From: an uncultured Bacteriovoracaceae bacterium
GTDB taxonomy: Bacteria; Bdellovibrionota; UBA2428
DNA length: 64,000 nucleotides
Assembly (NCBI GenBank): GCA_964636255.1
Contig: CAZWNW010000006.1
Span: 46,364 to 110,363 of the forward strand
Direction: 5' to 3'
In this document: piece by piece, positions 9,330 through 19,017 of the stretch
How positions within the stretch are numbered: position 1 is the stretch's first letter
How the letters are laid out: every line of letters starts with the position of its first letter
Notes under the pieces: model-generated
Told to the model about the DNA's origin: nothing
The model's database searches: none
What the model saw: the letters and a program-made list of their open reading frames with translations, nothing else
Translations under genes and position numbers: made by a program

Positions 9330-12300
9330 ATGAGCGAGACAGCCGTTACCAAAAAAGAACTTCCATTTCGGACAGTCCTCGTTTTGGGAAGTGGGCCCAT
9401 CGTCATTGGTCAGGCCTGCGAATTTGATTATTCTGGAACTCAGGCCTGTCGGGCACTGCGCGAAGAGGGTTTGAAAGTAGTTCTGCTGAATTCAAATCCT
9501 GCAACCATCATGACCGATCCGGGAACGGCAGATCGTATCTACATCGAGCCGTTGGATCCCATGACAGCCGTGAAAATCATTCGCAAGGAAAGTGTGGATG
9601 CCATATTGCCAACCATGGGTGGACAGACGGCGCTAAATCTTATCACCGCACTTTCTAAAATTCCGGGAGCTCTGGACGGTGTGCAGGTCATCGGTGCGAA
9701 TCTCAAATCCATTCACCTCGCGGAAGACCGCCGCGCATTTCGCGAAGTTCTTGTGTCGATGAATCTCGACAGTCCACGCTCGCAGACGATTCGGACTGTG
9801 GAAGAGGCTCAATCATTTGCGGTTGAAGTGGGTTATCCCGTTATTTTGCGTCCGAGTTTCACTCTCGGGGGAACGGGACAAAGTTTTGTTTTCGGCAGCA
9901 CTGAGCTGATTGAGAAAGTGCAGCGCGCTCTTCATGAAAGTCCGGTGGGCGAGGCTCTCATGGAAGAGAGTGTGTTGGGATGGAAAGAATACGAGCTTGA
10001 GGTGATGCGAGATCGGCAGGATAACGCGATTGTTGTTTGTTCGATCGAAAATTTGGATGCCATGGGAGTTCACACAGGCGATTCCATTACGGTCGCCCCC
10101 GCGCAAACTTTAACGGACCGCGAATACCAATCGATGCGACGAGATGCTTTGGACCTCATCCGCCGTATCGGTGTTGAAACGGGTGGTTGTAACGTGCAGT
10201 TTGCTGTCGAACCCACTACGGGCCGTCGCATTGTGATCGAGATGAACCCACGGGTTTCACGTTCATCCGCATTGGCATCAAAGGCAACGGGTTTCCCGAT
10301 TGCGTATGTCGCAACAAAACTCGCTCTGGGCTACACCTTGCCGGAAATCACGAACACGATCACAGGAACAACGCGCGCCTGTTTCGAGCCTCCCATAGAT
10401 TATGTGGCACTCAAGATTCCGCGCTTTCATTTTGAAAAATTTCCGGGCGCCAAAGACGAGCTTGGTCCTCAAATGGCCAGTGTTGGCGAGGTCTTGAGTT
10501 TCGGTGCAAGTTTTGGCGAAGCCTTTCACAAGGCCCTCAATTCGTTGGAGCGGAAATGGCCGATCTTTCACCCGGTGGATTCCAAAAACCCCATCGAAGC
10601 CTGGCGCTCCGAGGAAGAAGCGCTTCTCCGGCGCGCACATTCTCGTCGTCCATATGCCGTGTGGGACGCATTAGCAACGGGTGTTGAGGCCGCGGAAGTG
10701 AGTTTGCTTTCGGGATGGGACCCCTGGTTCACGCGAAATCTTCGACGCTACCAAAAGGAATTGAATCTTGGACCGCGCGCTACATCACTCCCGGTCGAGG
10801 AGCCTCGTTTTGAAATGATCGACACCTCGTCGGCCGAGACCCGCGCCCGCACACCATTTTATTATTCGACGCGCGAAAAACTCGGGCGGTCTGATTGGGT
10901 CGTGAAGCGATTCCCGGATCTTTATTCTGTTCCTGAGCTGCCGCTCGAGAGTCGCGGTCGCGTTGTGATTTTGGGCTCGGGCCCGAATCGCATCGGACAG
11001 GGTATTGAATTTGATTATTGTTGCGTGCATTCGTCGCGTGCTCTGATTCAACTGGGATTTGAGACCATCATGGTCAATTGTAATCCGGAAACTGTCAGTA
11101 CGGATCCGACGACTTCAACTCGTCTTTATCTTGAACCGCTTCATTGGGATGCGGTGTTGCCGATCTTAAAACGCGAACTTGATCCCGTAGTTGCGGCCGG
11201 AAAAGAAGCCTATGTGCTTTTACAAATGGGTGGGCAAACTCCGCTGAAACTTGCAGAGGATGTTGATCGCGCAGGTTATCGAATTTTAGGAAGCTCCAAG
11301 GAGACGATCGACTTGGGCGAGGACCGCAAGGCCTTTGCAGATATCTTGAAAGAATTAAAAATTGCAACACCTGAGTCGGTTGTTGTCTCTAGCCTCGATG
11401 AGGCCCAATCCGCAGTCGAGCGCATCGGTTTTCCAGTGGTGGTTCGCCCGTCTTTTGTTTTGGGTGGATCGGCAATGAAGATTTGCGCTCATTCGAAAGA
11501 TCTTTATCAAGCTTTTGCGATGGCAAAAGAAGTTTCCGAAAATCATCCGCTCTACATCGATCGATTTCTGCCGGACGCTGTGGAATTCGACATAGATGGC
11601 ATTTGTGATGGTCAACGTGCATGGATCGGTGGAGTGATGGAACACGTCGAAGAGGCTGGTATTCACAGCGGCGATTCCAGTTGCGTGATTCCGCCACTGC
11701 GCCTTCCGCCGACGGTGATCGACGAAATGGCCGGACTCGCGAAAAAAATTGCTGTTCGTTTGGGAGTTAAGGGACTCTTCAATATTCAAATGGCGGTCTG
11801 CAACGACCGTATTTATGTTTTGGAAGCCAACCCCCGCGCCTCAAGAACAATTCCTTTTTTGGCGAAGGCAACGGCTTATCCGATGATCCGTTGGGCGATT
11901 CAGGCGGCTCTGGGCGAATCCGTTAAAGAAATCGTCGAGAGTGATCGCATCCCCGGGAATTATCGCTTACCGAGTCACGGATATGCAGTGAAAACTCCTG
12001 TTTTCCCCTTCAATAAATTTCGTGGATTTGATCCAGTCTTGGGACCCGAGATGCGCAGCACGGGTGAAGTGATGGGCATGGACTCGACTCCAGGAGCGGC
12101 ATTTGCCAAAGCCTTTTTTGCTGCCGGACTTTCGCTCCCGCTTTCAGGTCAGGTCTTGATGAGTTTTCGCAACGAGGACAAACCACGAGCATTAGGTGTT
12201 GCGCGGATTTTTGATCTTTTAGGTTTTGACTTGCTGGGAACGCCAGGCACTGCGGATTATTTGAAGCGCGCCGGTCTAAATTGCCTTTCGATTCCAAAAA

Positions 12301-12614
12301 TTGGGCAGGCACCGCTAGGTCAAGATTTGCTGTCGGTGATGAAGGGCGGCAAGGTCACACTGGTTGTGAACACAACAAGTGCTCTGGTGTCCTTACGAGA
12401 CGCTATATCGATTCGTAGCGCTGCACTTCAACTGCGCATCCCGCTTTTGTCGACGATTGCTGCTGCCGAGATGGCTTTGATGGCTATCCAAACCCTCAAA
12501 CGGCAAGGTTCATTAGACCCCGTTTGTTTGCATGATTTCCTGAATCCGCTCGATGAATTTTCAACGGACCCCTCTCGCCCGGTGACTCTCCCGGCCACAA
12601 ACCGAATTCACTAA
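9330..12614 (+). CDS. carB: Carbamoyl-phosphate synthase large subunit
   Basis: GSGPIVIGQACEFDYSG, EMNPRVSRSSALASKATG, second ATP-grasp repeat GSGPNRIGQGIEFDY, MGS-like C-terminus. Confidence 0.97.
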   Translation: MSETAVTKKELPFRTVLVLGSGPIVIGQACEFDYSGTQACRALREEGLKVVLLNSNPATIMTDPGTADRIYIEPLDPMTAVKIIRKESVDAILPTMGGQTALNLITALSKIPGALDGVQVIGANLKSIHLAEDRRAFREVLVSMNLDSPRSQTIRTVEEAQSFAVEVGYPVILRPSFTLGGTGQSFVFGSTELIEKVQRALHESPVGEALMEESVLGWKEYELEVMRDRQDNAIVVCSIENLDAMGVHTGDSITVAPAQTLTDREYQSMRRDALDLIRRIGVETGGCNVQFAVEPTTGRRIVIEMNPRVSRSSALASKATGFPIAYVATKLALGYTLPEITNTITGTTRACFEPPIDYVALKIPRFHFEKFPGAKDELGPQMASVGEVLSFGASFGEAFHKALNSLERKWPIFHPVDSKNPIEAWRSEEEALLRRAHSRRPYAVWDALATGVEAAEVSLLSGWDPWFTRNLRRYQKELNLGPRATSLPVEEPRFEMIDTSSAETRARTPFYYSTREKLGRSDWVVKRFPDLYSVPELPLESRGRVVILGSGPNRIGQGIEFDYCCVHSSRALIQLGFETIMVNCNPETVSTDPTTSTRLYLEPLHWDAVLPILKRELDPVVAAGKEAYVLLQMGGQTPLKLAEDVDRAGYRILGSSKETIDLGEDRKAFADILKELKIATPESVVVSSLDEAQSAVERIGFPVVVRPSFVLGGSAMKICAHSKDLYQAFAMAKEVSENHPLYIDRFLPDAVEFDIDGICDGQRAWIGGVMEHVEEAGIHSGDSSCVIPPLRLPPTVIDEMAGLAKKIAVRLGVKGLFNIQMAVCNDRIYVLEANPRASRTIPFLAKATAYPMIRWAIQAALGESVKEIVESDRIPGNYRLPSHGYAVKTPVFPFNKFRGFDPVLGPEMRSTGEVMGMDSTPGAAFAKAFFAAGLSLPLSGQVLMSFRNEDKPRALGVARIFDLLGFDLLGTPGTADYLKRAGLNCLSIPKIGQAPLGQDLLSVMKGGKVTLVVNTTSALVSLRDAISIRSAALQLRIPLLSTIAAAEMALMAIQTLKRQGSLDPVCLHDFLNPLDEFSTDPSRPVTLPATNRIH

Positions 12615-12704
12615 GGGAGCTAAATTCGGGGCCAAGAGCGCCTAATCTTCCAAAGATTGACGCTCATTGGGACTTCTGGCAGCTTAGACGAATTGGAAAA
12701 TCTT

Positions 12705-13178
12705 ATGATAGAGAAGGTCCCGATTACCGTAGAAGGTAAAAAAGCGCTTGAGGATGAACTTAAGCACCTGAAATCAGTAGAAAGACCCCGGGTAATCGAG
12801 GCGATCGCGATCGCACGCGCCCACGGGGACCTTTCGGAAAATGCGGACTATTCGGCCGCCCGCGAAAAACAGGGCTTCATCGAAGGTCGTATTGCCGAAA
12901 TCGGAGATAAACTCGCGCGAGCCGAGGTCATCGATCCGTCTCAAATCAAAAGCGATCGCGTCGTTTTTGGAGCCACTGTTACGGTGGTGGACGATACCGG
13001 CAAAGAAATCGTCTATCAGATTGTCGGAGAAACCGAGGGTGATCTCACCAAAGGCAAGCTCTCCATCAAAGCACCCCTGGCGCGCACTTTGGTCGGGAAA
13101 CAAGTCGGAGATGAGGCCATTTTGCGAACTGCAAAGGGTGAAAACGTCTTCGAAGTCATAAAAATCGAATACAAATGA
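12705..13178 (+). CDS. greA: Transcription elongation factor GreA
   Basis: [18 protein letters not shown] motif; start set at MIEKVP. Confidence 0.95.
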   Translation: MIEKVPITVEGKKALEDELKHLKSVERPRVIEAIAIARAHGDLSENADYSAAREKQGFIEGRIAEIGDKLARAEVIDPSQIKSDRVVFGATVTVVDDTGKEIVYQIVGETEGDLTKGKLSIKAPLARTLVGKQVGDEAILRTAKGENVFEVIKIEYK

Positions 13179-13179
13179 A

Positions 13180-15378
13180 ATGAGCCCTACGCCAAGTCGC
13201 TCACCCTGGGATCTCTCGGTCCAGTATCTGAAGGGTGTGGGCGATAAGCTGGGGAAGATCTTCGAGCGCGAAGATATTTTGAATCTTTGGGATCTTTTGC
13301 TTTTTTTACCGCGCACTTACGAGGACCGCAGAAAATTAGCGAATTTCCAGGACATTCAACGAGCAGCTGTAAGCAGCGAAGTTGTGATGGGGCTGGGCGT
13401 GATCGAGCGTTTTGAACGCATGGGGGCGCCTCGCGGTCGCGGGCGATTGGAAGCCTGGTGTTCCGTGCGGGAACTCGAAGCCGACGGAAGCGCACAGGTC
13501 TTCGGTCCGGACTACCTTAAACTAATTTGGTTTCATGATCCGGGCGGTACAACACAAAAGCGATTTCCCCCCGGCAGCGGAGTTATTTTTCGCGGTAAAG
13601 TTCAAAATTTCCGAGGTCAGCATCAAATTGTTCATCCAGAGCTGAAAAAATCTGATGGTCCACTCGCTCCTTGGGAATTTGGGGGATGGGTTCCTGTCTA
13701 TCGGGAAATTTCTAATCTCTCGACGCGAGTCACTCGTCGCATAGTCTCGCTCGCTCTTGAGCGGCCGGAAATTCAAATGATCCCAGAATCTTTGCCGGAG
13801 CCGTTGCGCCAGCGTCTACAACTTCCGAGCATCATTGAAAGTTTGCGTGAAATTCATTTTCCGAAAGCGTGGGAGCCAAATCCAGAAAATGAATCGCGTC
13901 CCGAAGGAAAGTTTCTGGCTCGATTGGCTTTCGAGGAACTTTTCATGATGGCGCTCACTTTGCAAATGCGAAAGAATCAGTGGGGCACTCAAAAGAAAGT
14001 TGCGACTCTTAAGCTTCCAAAGATTGGGGCCAGCGATGAGGAGATCCTGGCCGAGTCAAAGGCGCTTCCCTTTCAATTAACGAACGATCAGAAAAAAGCT
14101 CTCGGCGAAATTGCCGCGGATTTTCGATTCGAAAAACTCGAGGCCCCCATGCATCGCTTGGTACAGGGAGATGTAGGTAGCGGAAAAACTGCCGTGGCTT
14201 TTATCGCGGGCCTTTTGGCCATGCGTGCAGGGTATCAGGTAGCCCTGATGGCGCCGACTGAAATTCTTGCGGACCAGCACTTTGCGAATTTCGCGAAGTT
14301 TTTTCCCAAGGATGCAAAAAAATCTCAGCTCCTAAAAGGCGCGCTGACAGCGAAAAAGAAAAAAGATGTGCGGGCTCTTATGGAAAAAGGTGAAGCACAG
14401 TTCATCATTGGAACGCAGGCGCTCATCTCCGACAACACCGTATTTGATAAACTGGGCTTGGTGATCATTGATGAGCAACACCGATTTGGAGTCGAACAAC
14501 GCCTGGGCCTCAAAAAGGGAGTGGAAGGTGTCACCCCACATCTCTTAGTGATGACGGCAACCCCGATTCCTCGCTCTTTGGCTCTTACGGTCTATGGAGA
14601 TCTTGATTTATCAGTCATCCGTGAAAAACCTGCGGGGCGTCAGCCGATTGAAACACATGTCATCAAGCAACGTGCCCATGCGAAACTCCGCGAACGTCTT
14701 CAGCAATTTATTTCCGAGGGTCGTCAAATATATATCGTTTATCCATTAGTCGAAGAATCAGAGGAAATGGACCTCAAGGACGTGACAAGTGCATACAATG
14801 ATTGGGCAGCATTTTTTGGCCAAGATAAAGTTGAGCTACTACACGGCCGAATGAAAAGCGCCGAGAAGGAAGCGGCTTTTTCTCGTTTCCGTGAGGGCTC
14901 AGCCAAGATTTTGGTTTCCACAACCGTGATCGAGGTCGGGGTTGATGTCCCGCAGGCCTCAGTCATCGTCATTGAACATGCGGAACGATTTGGGCTTTCG
15001 CAGCTTCACCAACTTCGCGGGCGCGTAGGTCGGGGTGCCGACAAAAGTTATTGTGTCTTGGTCGGGCCCGATAACCCGGGTCCCATGGTTTTGGAGCGTT
15101 TGGAAATTATGGCGCAAAGCGATGACGGTTTTGCCATCGCAGAGAAAGATTTGGAAATACGGGGGCCTGGCGAGTTTTTAGGACGACGCCAAAGCGGTAT
15201 GCCGGGATTTCGTGTTGCACATATTTTGCGTGATGCTCAGATGTTAGAGCTGGCGCGTATTGAAGCTGAAGCAATTTTGGCGGCCGATCCACTTTTAAAG
15301 AAGCCGGAAAACCAGCAGCTGCGCGAAATGATCGAGCGGTGGTGGTCCGGGCGTCTTGAGCTGACGATGAGTGGGTGA
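13180..15378 (+). CDS. recG: ATP-dependent DNA helicase RecG
   Basis: QGDVGSGKT, DEQHRFG, MTATPIPR, QLHQLRGRVGRG, DLEIRGPGE. Confidence 0.96.
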   Translation: MSPTPSRSPWDLSVQYLKGVGDKLGKIFEREDILNLWDLLLFLPRTYEDRRKLANFQDIQRAAVSSEVVMGLGVIERFERMGAPRGRGRLEAWCSVRELEADGSAQVFGPDYLKLIWFHDPGGTTQKRFPPGSGVIFRGKVQNFRGQHQIVHPELKKSDGPLAPWEFGGWVPVYREISNLSTRVTRRIVSLALERPEIQMIPESLPEPLRQRLQLPSIIESLREIHFPKAWEPNPENESRPEGKFLARLAFEELFMMALTLQMRKNQWGTQKKVATLKLPKIGASDEEILAESKALPFQLTNDQKKALGEIAADFRFEKLEAPMHRLVQGDVGSGKTAVAFIAGLLAMRAGYQVALMAPTEILADQHFANFAKFFPKDAKKSQLLKGALTAKKKKDVRALMEKGEAQFIIGTQALISDNTVFDKLGLVIIDEQHRFGVEQRLGLKKGVEGVTPHLLVMTATPIPRSLALTVYGDLDLSVIREKPAGRQPIETHVIKQRAHAKLRERLQQFISEGRQIYIVYPLVEESEEMDLKDVTSAYNDWAAFFGQDKVELLHGRMKSAEKEAAFSRFREGSAKILVSTTVIEVGVDVPQASVIVIEHAERFGLSQLHQLRGRVGRGADKSYCVLVGPDNPGPMVLERLEIMAQSDDGFAIAEKDLEIRGPGEFLGRRQSGMPGFRVAHILRDAQMLELARIEAEAILAADPLLKKPENQQLREMIERWWSGRLELTMSG

Positions 15379-15420
15379 GCTGACATTGCAGAGCCTGATG
15401 CCTTGAGATAACCTGATTAC

Positions 15421-15666
15421 ATGCTCAGCGTTTGGCAAATACTCCTGATCCTCGTCATCGTCGTGATTTTCTTTGGCCCGGGCCGTATTGAAAAATTGGG
15501 TCCTGCATTGGGAAAAGCGCTTCGCGGTTTCAAAAAAGGACTCGGAGGCTCGGGCTCTGATGATTCTGATTCCGATGCCAAGCTCATCAACGAGCAAAGC
15601 GACCAACTAAAATCTAAAATCGAAAGTCTCGAAAAACGAAGTCGTAGTACCAAAGACGAAGATTAA
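15421..15666 (+). CDS. tatA: Twin-arginine translocase subunit TatA/E
   Basis: TM helix then FGPGRIEKLGPALGKALRGFKKG amphipathic helix, charged tail. Confidence 0.88.
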   Translation: MLSVWQILLILVIVVIFFGPGRIEKLGPALGKALRGFKKGLGGSGSDDSDSDAKLINEQSDQLKSKIESLEKRSRSTKDED

Positions 15667-15669
15667 ATT

Positions 15670-16827
15670 TTATTCATTAATCGCGGGCTTCGGTTTTTTG
15701 GTCATCTCTTTGCGATCTAGAGTTCCTGTGGCTCTTTCCACTGTTACGCTGTCATCCTTAAGGGAATAGAGAATGCGTTCTCCGTTAATGGTCTGTGTCC
15801 CGTCGTTTAGGGAGGCGACCTCCTCAAGAATAAAGTCCCCTTTGTCTGGAAAATATTCACCTCGTTCGCAGGTGGCAATTTTATTGTCCACGCGTATCTC
15901 GACCGTTTTTGATAGCAGGATGACAGAAACTCCATCGCGTGTAATTGATCTCAGCTCTTCGGCTTTAAGCTTCGCGCCGCTGGGAAGGTCTGCCGTCGCA
16001 GAGCCGATCGCGTGACTCTCCTCTACGTCTTCTCCGCTATCGTCCAATTTGAAAATTAGACCTCGGGCTCGGAAGAATGTGCCATCTTTCATTTCGGCAA
16101 TGGATTCATTTTTGGATTGAAATTCCAGGCGGCTGATCGTGCGATCCGTTTCGGCTTCTTTCGTAAGTCTTTTTTCCCCGCTTTTGAAGGTTTCATTGAA
16201 GGCCAGAATCAAACGATCGCCGCTTGCTTTGTATTTTGGCGCGTTCACTTTTACGTTGTCGATAAAATGCAGGCGATTGGTAGGCGCATCGAAGTTGCTT
16301 TGGCGAGCCGTGATCTTCATCAGCTCTCCGCTGGCCAGTGTTTTTTGAGCCTGAGCGTTCGCGAGGATCAGATAGCTGCCGCCCGTGATGTCGATGGAAA
16401 GTCCCTTGCCGCGAAGATCAAAGAGAGATTTTTCGCTCCCCCGGACTTGTTGGAAAACTTGAACATCGTCTTCGCCGCGGACAAGTTTAGTTTTAGTGTC
16501 GAATTCCACGGCGGTAGTTCGAAAGACAAAATCTTCTGGAGTCTGCACTCGGGCATCAGATTCCACAAATAGTATATCGGTGGCACCTGAATAAAAGGCT
16601 CGGGCACCATCAACTTCGAAACTCTTGTCGTTATGTCCCCGAATCGTGGAGCGAGGTAAGTCGAGAAGATAAAATTCCTCGGGACGGAAAAGTTCGGCAG
16701 TTTTTGCGCGGAGATCTAATTCGCGTCTTTCCAGTCGGCTTTGAACCATATGGAAACCCCGGATGACAACATCGGGTGCTCGATCGGGAATCATCAGGGC
16801 CGCCAAAAGCAGCGTTTGCCTTTTCAT
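15670..16827 (-). CDS. LPS export periplasmic protein, LptC-like domain fused to LptA/OstA-like beta-jellyroll domain(s)
   Basis: Beta-rich repeats (FRTTAVEFDTKTKLVRGEDDVQV; ATCERGEYF; QTINGERILYSL). Confidence 0.6.
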   Translation of the reverse strand: MKRQTLLLAALMIPDRAPDVVIRGFHMVQSRLERRELDLRAKTAELFRPEEFYLLDLPRSTIRGHNDKSFEVDGARAFYSGATDILFVESDARVQTPEDFVFRTTAVEFDTKTKLVRGEDDVQVFQQVRGSEKSLFDLRGKGLSIDITGGSYLILANAQAQKTLASGELMKITARQSNFDAPTNRLHFIDNVKVNAPKYKASGDRLILAFNETFKSGEKRLTKEAETDRTISRLEFQSKNESIAEMKDGTFFRARGLIFKLDDSGEDVEESHAIGSATADLPSGAKLKAEELRSITRDGVSVILLSKTVEIRVDNKIATCERGEYFPDKGDFILEEVASLNDGTQTINGERILYSLKDDSVTVERATGTLDRKEMTKKPKPAINE

Positions 16828-16999
16828 CTCGTAATCAAATTAGCATATCTCGCCCTTCTTTTGGCTTCGTCGGGCGAGGGCATATCCTAATGCGGCGAAT
16901 TATTGGACGTGGCAATAGTAAAGCTACGCACCTCTATAAGGATTTTGAGACAGCTGCCTCCCTTTGTGAATCTGAAAGTCTCCTCTAATATAAGAGAAG

Positions 17000-18619
17000 A
17001 TGTTTTCGTATATCGCACGATCTTTAGTCGTAATCAGCTTTCTCAACTTTGCTCTTTTGGCAATTGCGGCCGATCCGTCGCGGACCATGCGTTGGCCCTT
17101 TGACCAGCGGCAGATTCTTCTGGCTAAACCCGAGGGACAGAGTTTTCCCGATGATCTCACGGTTGCCCAAATTATGGATCTATTCGTCAAACGTGGTCGG
17201 GTTCGATGGGTGACGGCTCAAGGGGGTCGAAATCAACTGGTCCCTGTCGAAATTCCGAGTGACTTTCAATGGAGATCCGCTGACGCCGTCCGCAATCTTG
17301 GAACAAAATATCGCGTCGACGGAGCTTTACTTCTGTCGCAACAAAAATCGGAGGTTCAGCTGCACTGGTACTCTGCCGCCGATGGACAACCGCTTTTTTT
17401 CGAAACACTTTTTTTGCCCGAGCCCGGCAAAACCGTGGAAATGGCTGAGAAAAGAAAACAGCGCCTTAACGAATGGCTCTCGGACATATGGTCACGCATT
17501 CCTGGGCAAGGTTATCTTGTTCGGCGCGACAGCACTAGCGTGGAAATCGAGGGTGCAGACAAGGAAGGTTTTCGCATTGGGGACCAAGTTGAATTCGTTC
17601 GGCTCGAAGAAATCAAACGCCATCCTGTTTTAAAGACACTAGCAGAAATTAAATCCTCCATTGCGGGAGTTGGGGAGATCCTCACGCTCAACAGCCCCTT
17701 TTCGAAAGTTAAAATCATTTATGAATCCAACCTAGATCCCCTGCGCGAGGGAGACCGCTATCGCCTTATACGTCGAGAAACAAGTGCAGGAAGTATGGCG
17801 CAGCTGCCGGGTGGGCAAAGCGCCGGATCTCCGATTTCTCGTCCGCCTGAAACCACTGCGGATTCCGCAAAGTCTACTTCATCAACATTGGGAGGAATGC
17901 TTGGAATTCAGAGTCAGTTTTTAGATCTAAGCCTCCGTGGTGGTTATGGAAAACTGAGTCACAGTGAAGTGACGGCTGCTTCTGACACCTTAGAGATGTC
18001 TTCATCTGGTTATCTCTTGAAGGCCCATGCGGAACTTCTGATTTCTCGCGATTGGTTCGGATCTTTTGATTACGCATTTGGATTGCACAAGTTTTCCACT
18101 GTGCCGACCGAATACGGAGAGTCTTCGATCAGTTCTGGAATGAGGAATTTGATGATCTCAGCCGGCTATCGTTGGACAATCGACGAGGCCGCAGAAAGTT
18201 CCGGTGCGCTTCCCACCCAACTTTTGTTTTATGCTGGTTACCACAGGCTTTTGGGGAAAATGGCGCCGACAAGTTCTGATGTCGCTCCCTCACAAAAAAC
18301 CTACTCGGGACTATTTGCAGCAGTAGGACTGCGAATTCCCATGATGGATATGCTCGGACTCTCCCTGGACGTCACGCGCGCATTTGGAACATCGCTGGGG
18401 GAAGCGGTGGAAAGTTCCGGAGCAACATCGCAAAACGTGCTGTGGAGTTATGATTTCAGTTTGGCTTACGCCATGTCACGCACGCAAAACATAACACTCG
18501 GTTTTCACGGCATGAGCGCCTCGACAACTTTCAGCGGAGACGGAACGCGAACGACTTCAGCAGCACTAGCAGACCTACGCGCAGTCTACGGCTCACTCGG
18601 CTACCAAATGAAATTCTGA
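17000..18619 (+). CDS. Outer membrane protein: periplasmic N-terminal domains (FlgT-C-like segment) plus C-terminal beta-barrel
   Basis: Signal peptide; alternating beta strands after an S/T/G linker; C-terminal YQMKF BAM signal. Confidence 0.7.
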   Translation: MFSYIARSLVVISFLNFALLAIAADPSRTMRWPFDQRQILLAKPEGQSFPDDLTVAQIMDLFVKRGRVRWVTAQGGRNQLVPVEIPSDFQWRSADAVRNLGTKYRVDGALLLSQQKSEVQLHWYSAADGQPLFFETLFLPEPGKTVEMAEKRKQRLNEWLSDIWSRIPGQGYLVRRDSTSVEIEGADKEGFRIGDQVEFVRLEEIKRHPVLKTLAEIKSSIAGVGEILTLNSPFSKVKIIYESNLDPLREGDRYRLIRRETSAGSMAQLPGGQSAGSPISRPPETTADSAKSTSSTLGGMLGIQSQFLDLSLRGGYGKLSHSEVTAASDTLEMSSSGYLLKAHAELLISRDWFGSFDYAFGLHKFSTVPTEYGESSISSGMRNLMISAGYRWTIDEAAESSGALPTQLLFYAGYHRLLGKMAPTSSDVAPSQKTYSGLFAAVGLRIPMMDMLGLSLDVTRAFGTSLGEAVESSGATSQNVLWSYDFSLAYAMSRTQNITLGFHGMSASTTFSGDGTRTTSAALADLRAVYGSLGYQMKF

Positions 18620-18693
18620 GCGCTTTTCCGGAGGCAGGGGTTGGAACTCACGAGCCTGTGGGAAGCCTTTCGTAAATAAATCCCCTCATTGGA

Positions 18694-18794
18694 CACAATA
18701 CAGGGAAGCTCTTTATTAATTCCGTCGATGCCTCACCCCGGCGGCGTAGGCGTTTTACTCTTCTACATAAAACTTTGCCCGCCTTGGGGCAGTG
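18694..18794. repeat. Core copy X1 (101 nt, CAC...GTG), inverted relative to X2
   Basis: Blocks 18694-18703, 18730-18748, 18775-18794 are exact reverse complements of 19008-19017, 18962-18980, 18916-18935. Confidence 0.92.
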
Positions 18795-18915
18795 TCCAAT
18801 GAGGGGGAAAGGCTTCTCAAAGACATGGAGATTGCCATCTTGGTAATTTTGGAAACTTAGGAAATTTAGAAAACCTGAGTTCATTCACATAAGCTAGATA
18901 TTTATATCTCTGGAT

Positions 18916-19017
18916 CACTGCCCCAAGGCGGGCAATGGTGATTAAAGAAAAAAAATATACTTACGCCGCCGGGGTGAGGCTTTCACCGGGGTTCCTGAAG
19001 TGCATAGCTGTATTGTG
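18916..19017. repeat. Core copy X2 (102 nt, CAC...GTG)
   Basis: See X1; flanked by its own inverted repeat 18884-18918 / 19015-19049 (34/35 match). Confidence 0.92.

Noticed and set aside
16924-17190. 88-aa minus-strand ORF and the many other short ORF-track entries (e.g. 2372-2746, 12774-13316, 28469-29086, 49861-50457, 51464-52105, 58860-59492)
   Set aside because: Antisense or off-frame shadows of well-supported genes, with no recognisable motifs.
18648-18884. 78-aa minus-strand ORF with a faint FdtA/WxcM-like start (QDGNLHVFEKPFPL)
   Set aside because: It runs through the inverted-repeat element, lacks the RGxHAH cupin motif, and reads as translated repeat sequence.
18916-18990. Cobalamin riboswitch or HDV/twister ribozyme resemblance (ACTGCCCC, CGGTGAAA, GGGCAA)
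   Set aside because: Motif fragments fall on inconsistent strands or in the wrong order, and the required partners (CGCAACTGT, L3 loop) are absent.
18694-19017. CRISPR or TIGR array interpretation of conserved blocks with 26-nt spacers
   Set aside because: Only two units, in inverted orientation, with three different conserved blocks; no cas/tas gene and no C/D boxes seen.
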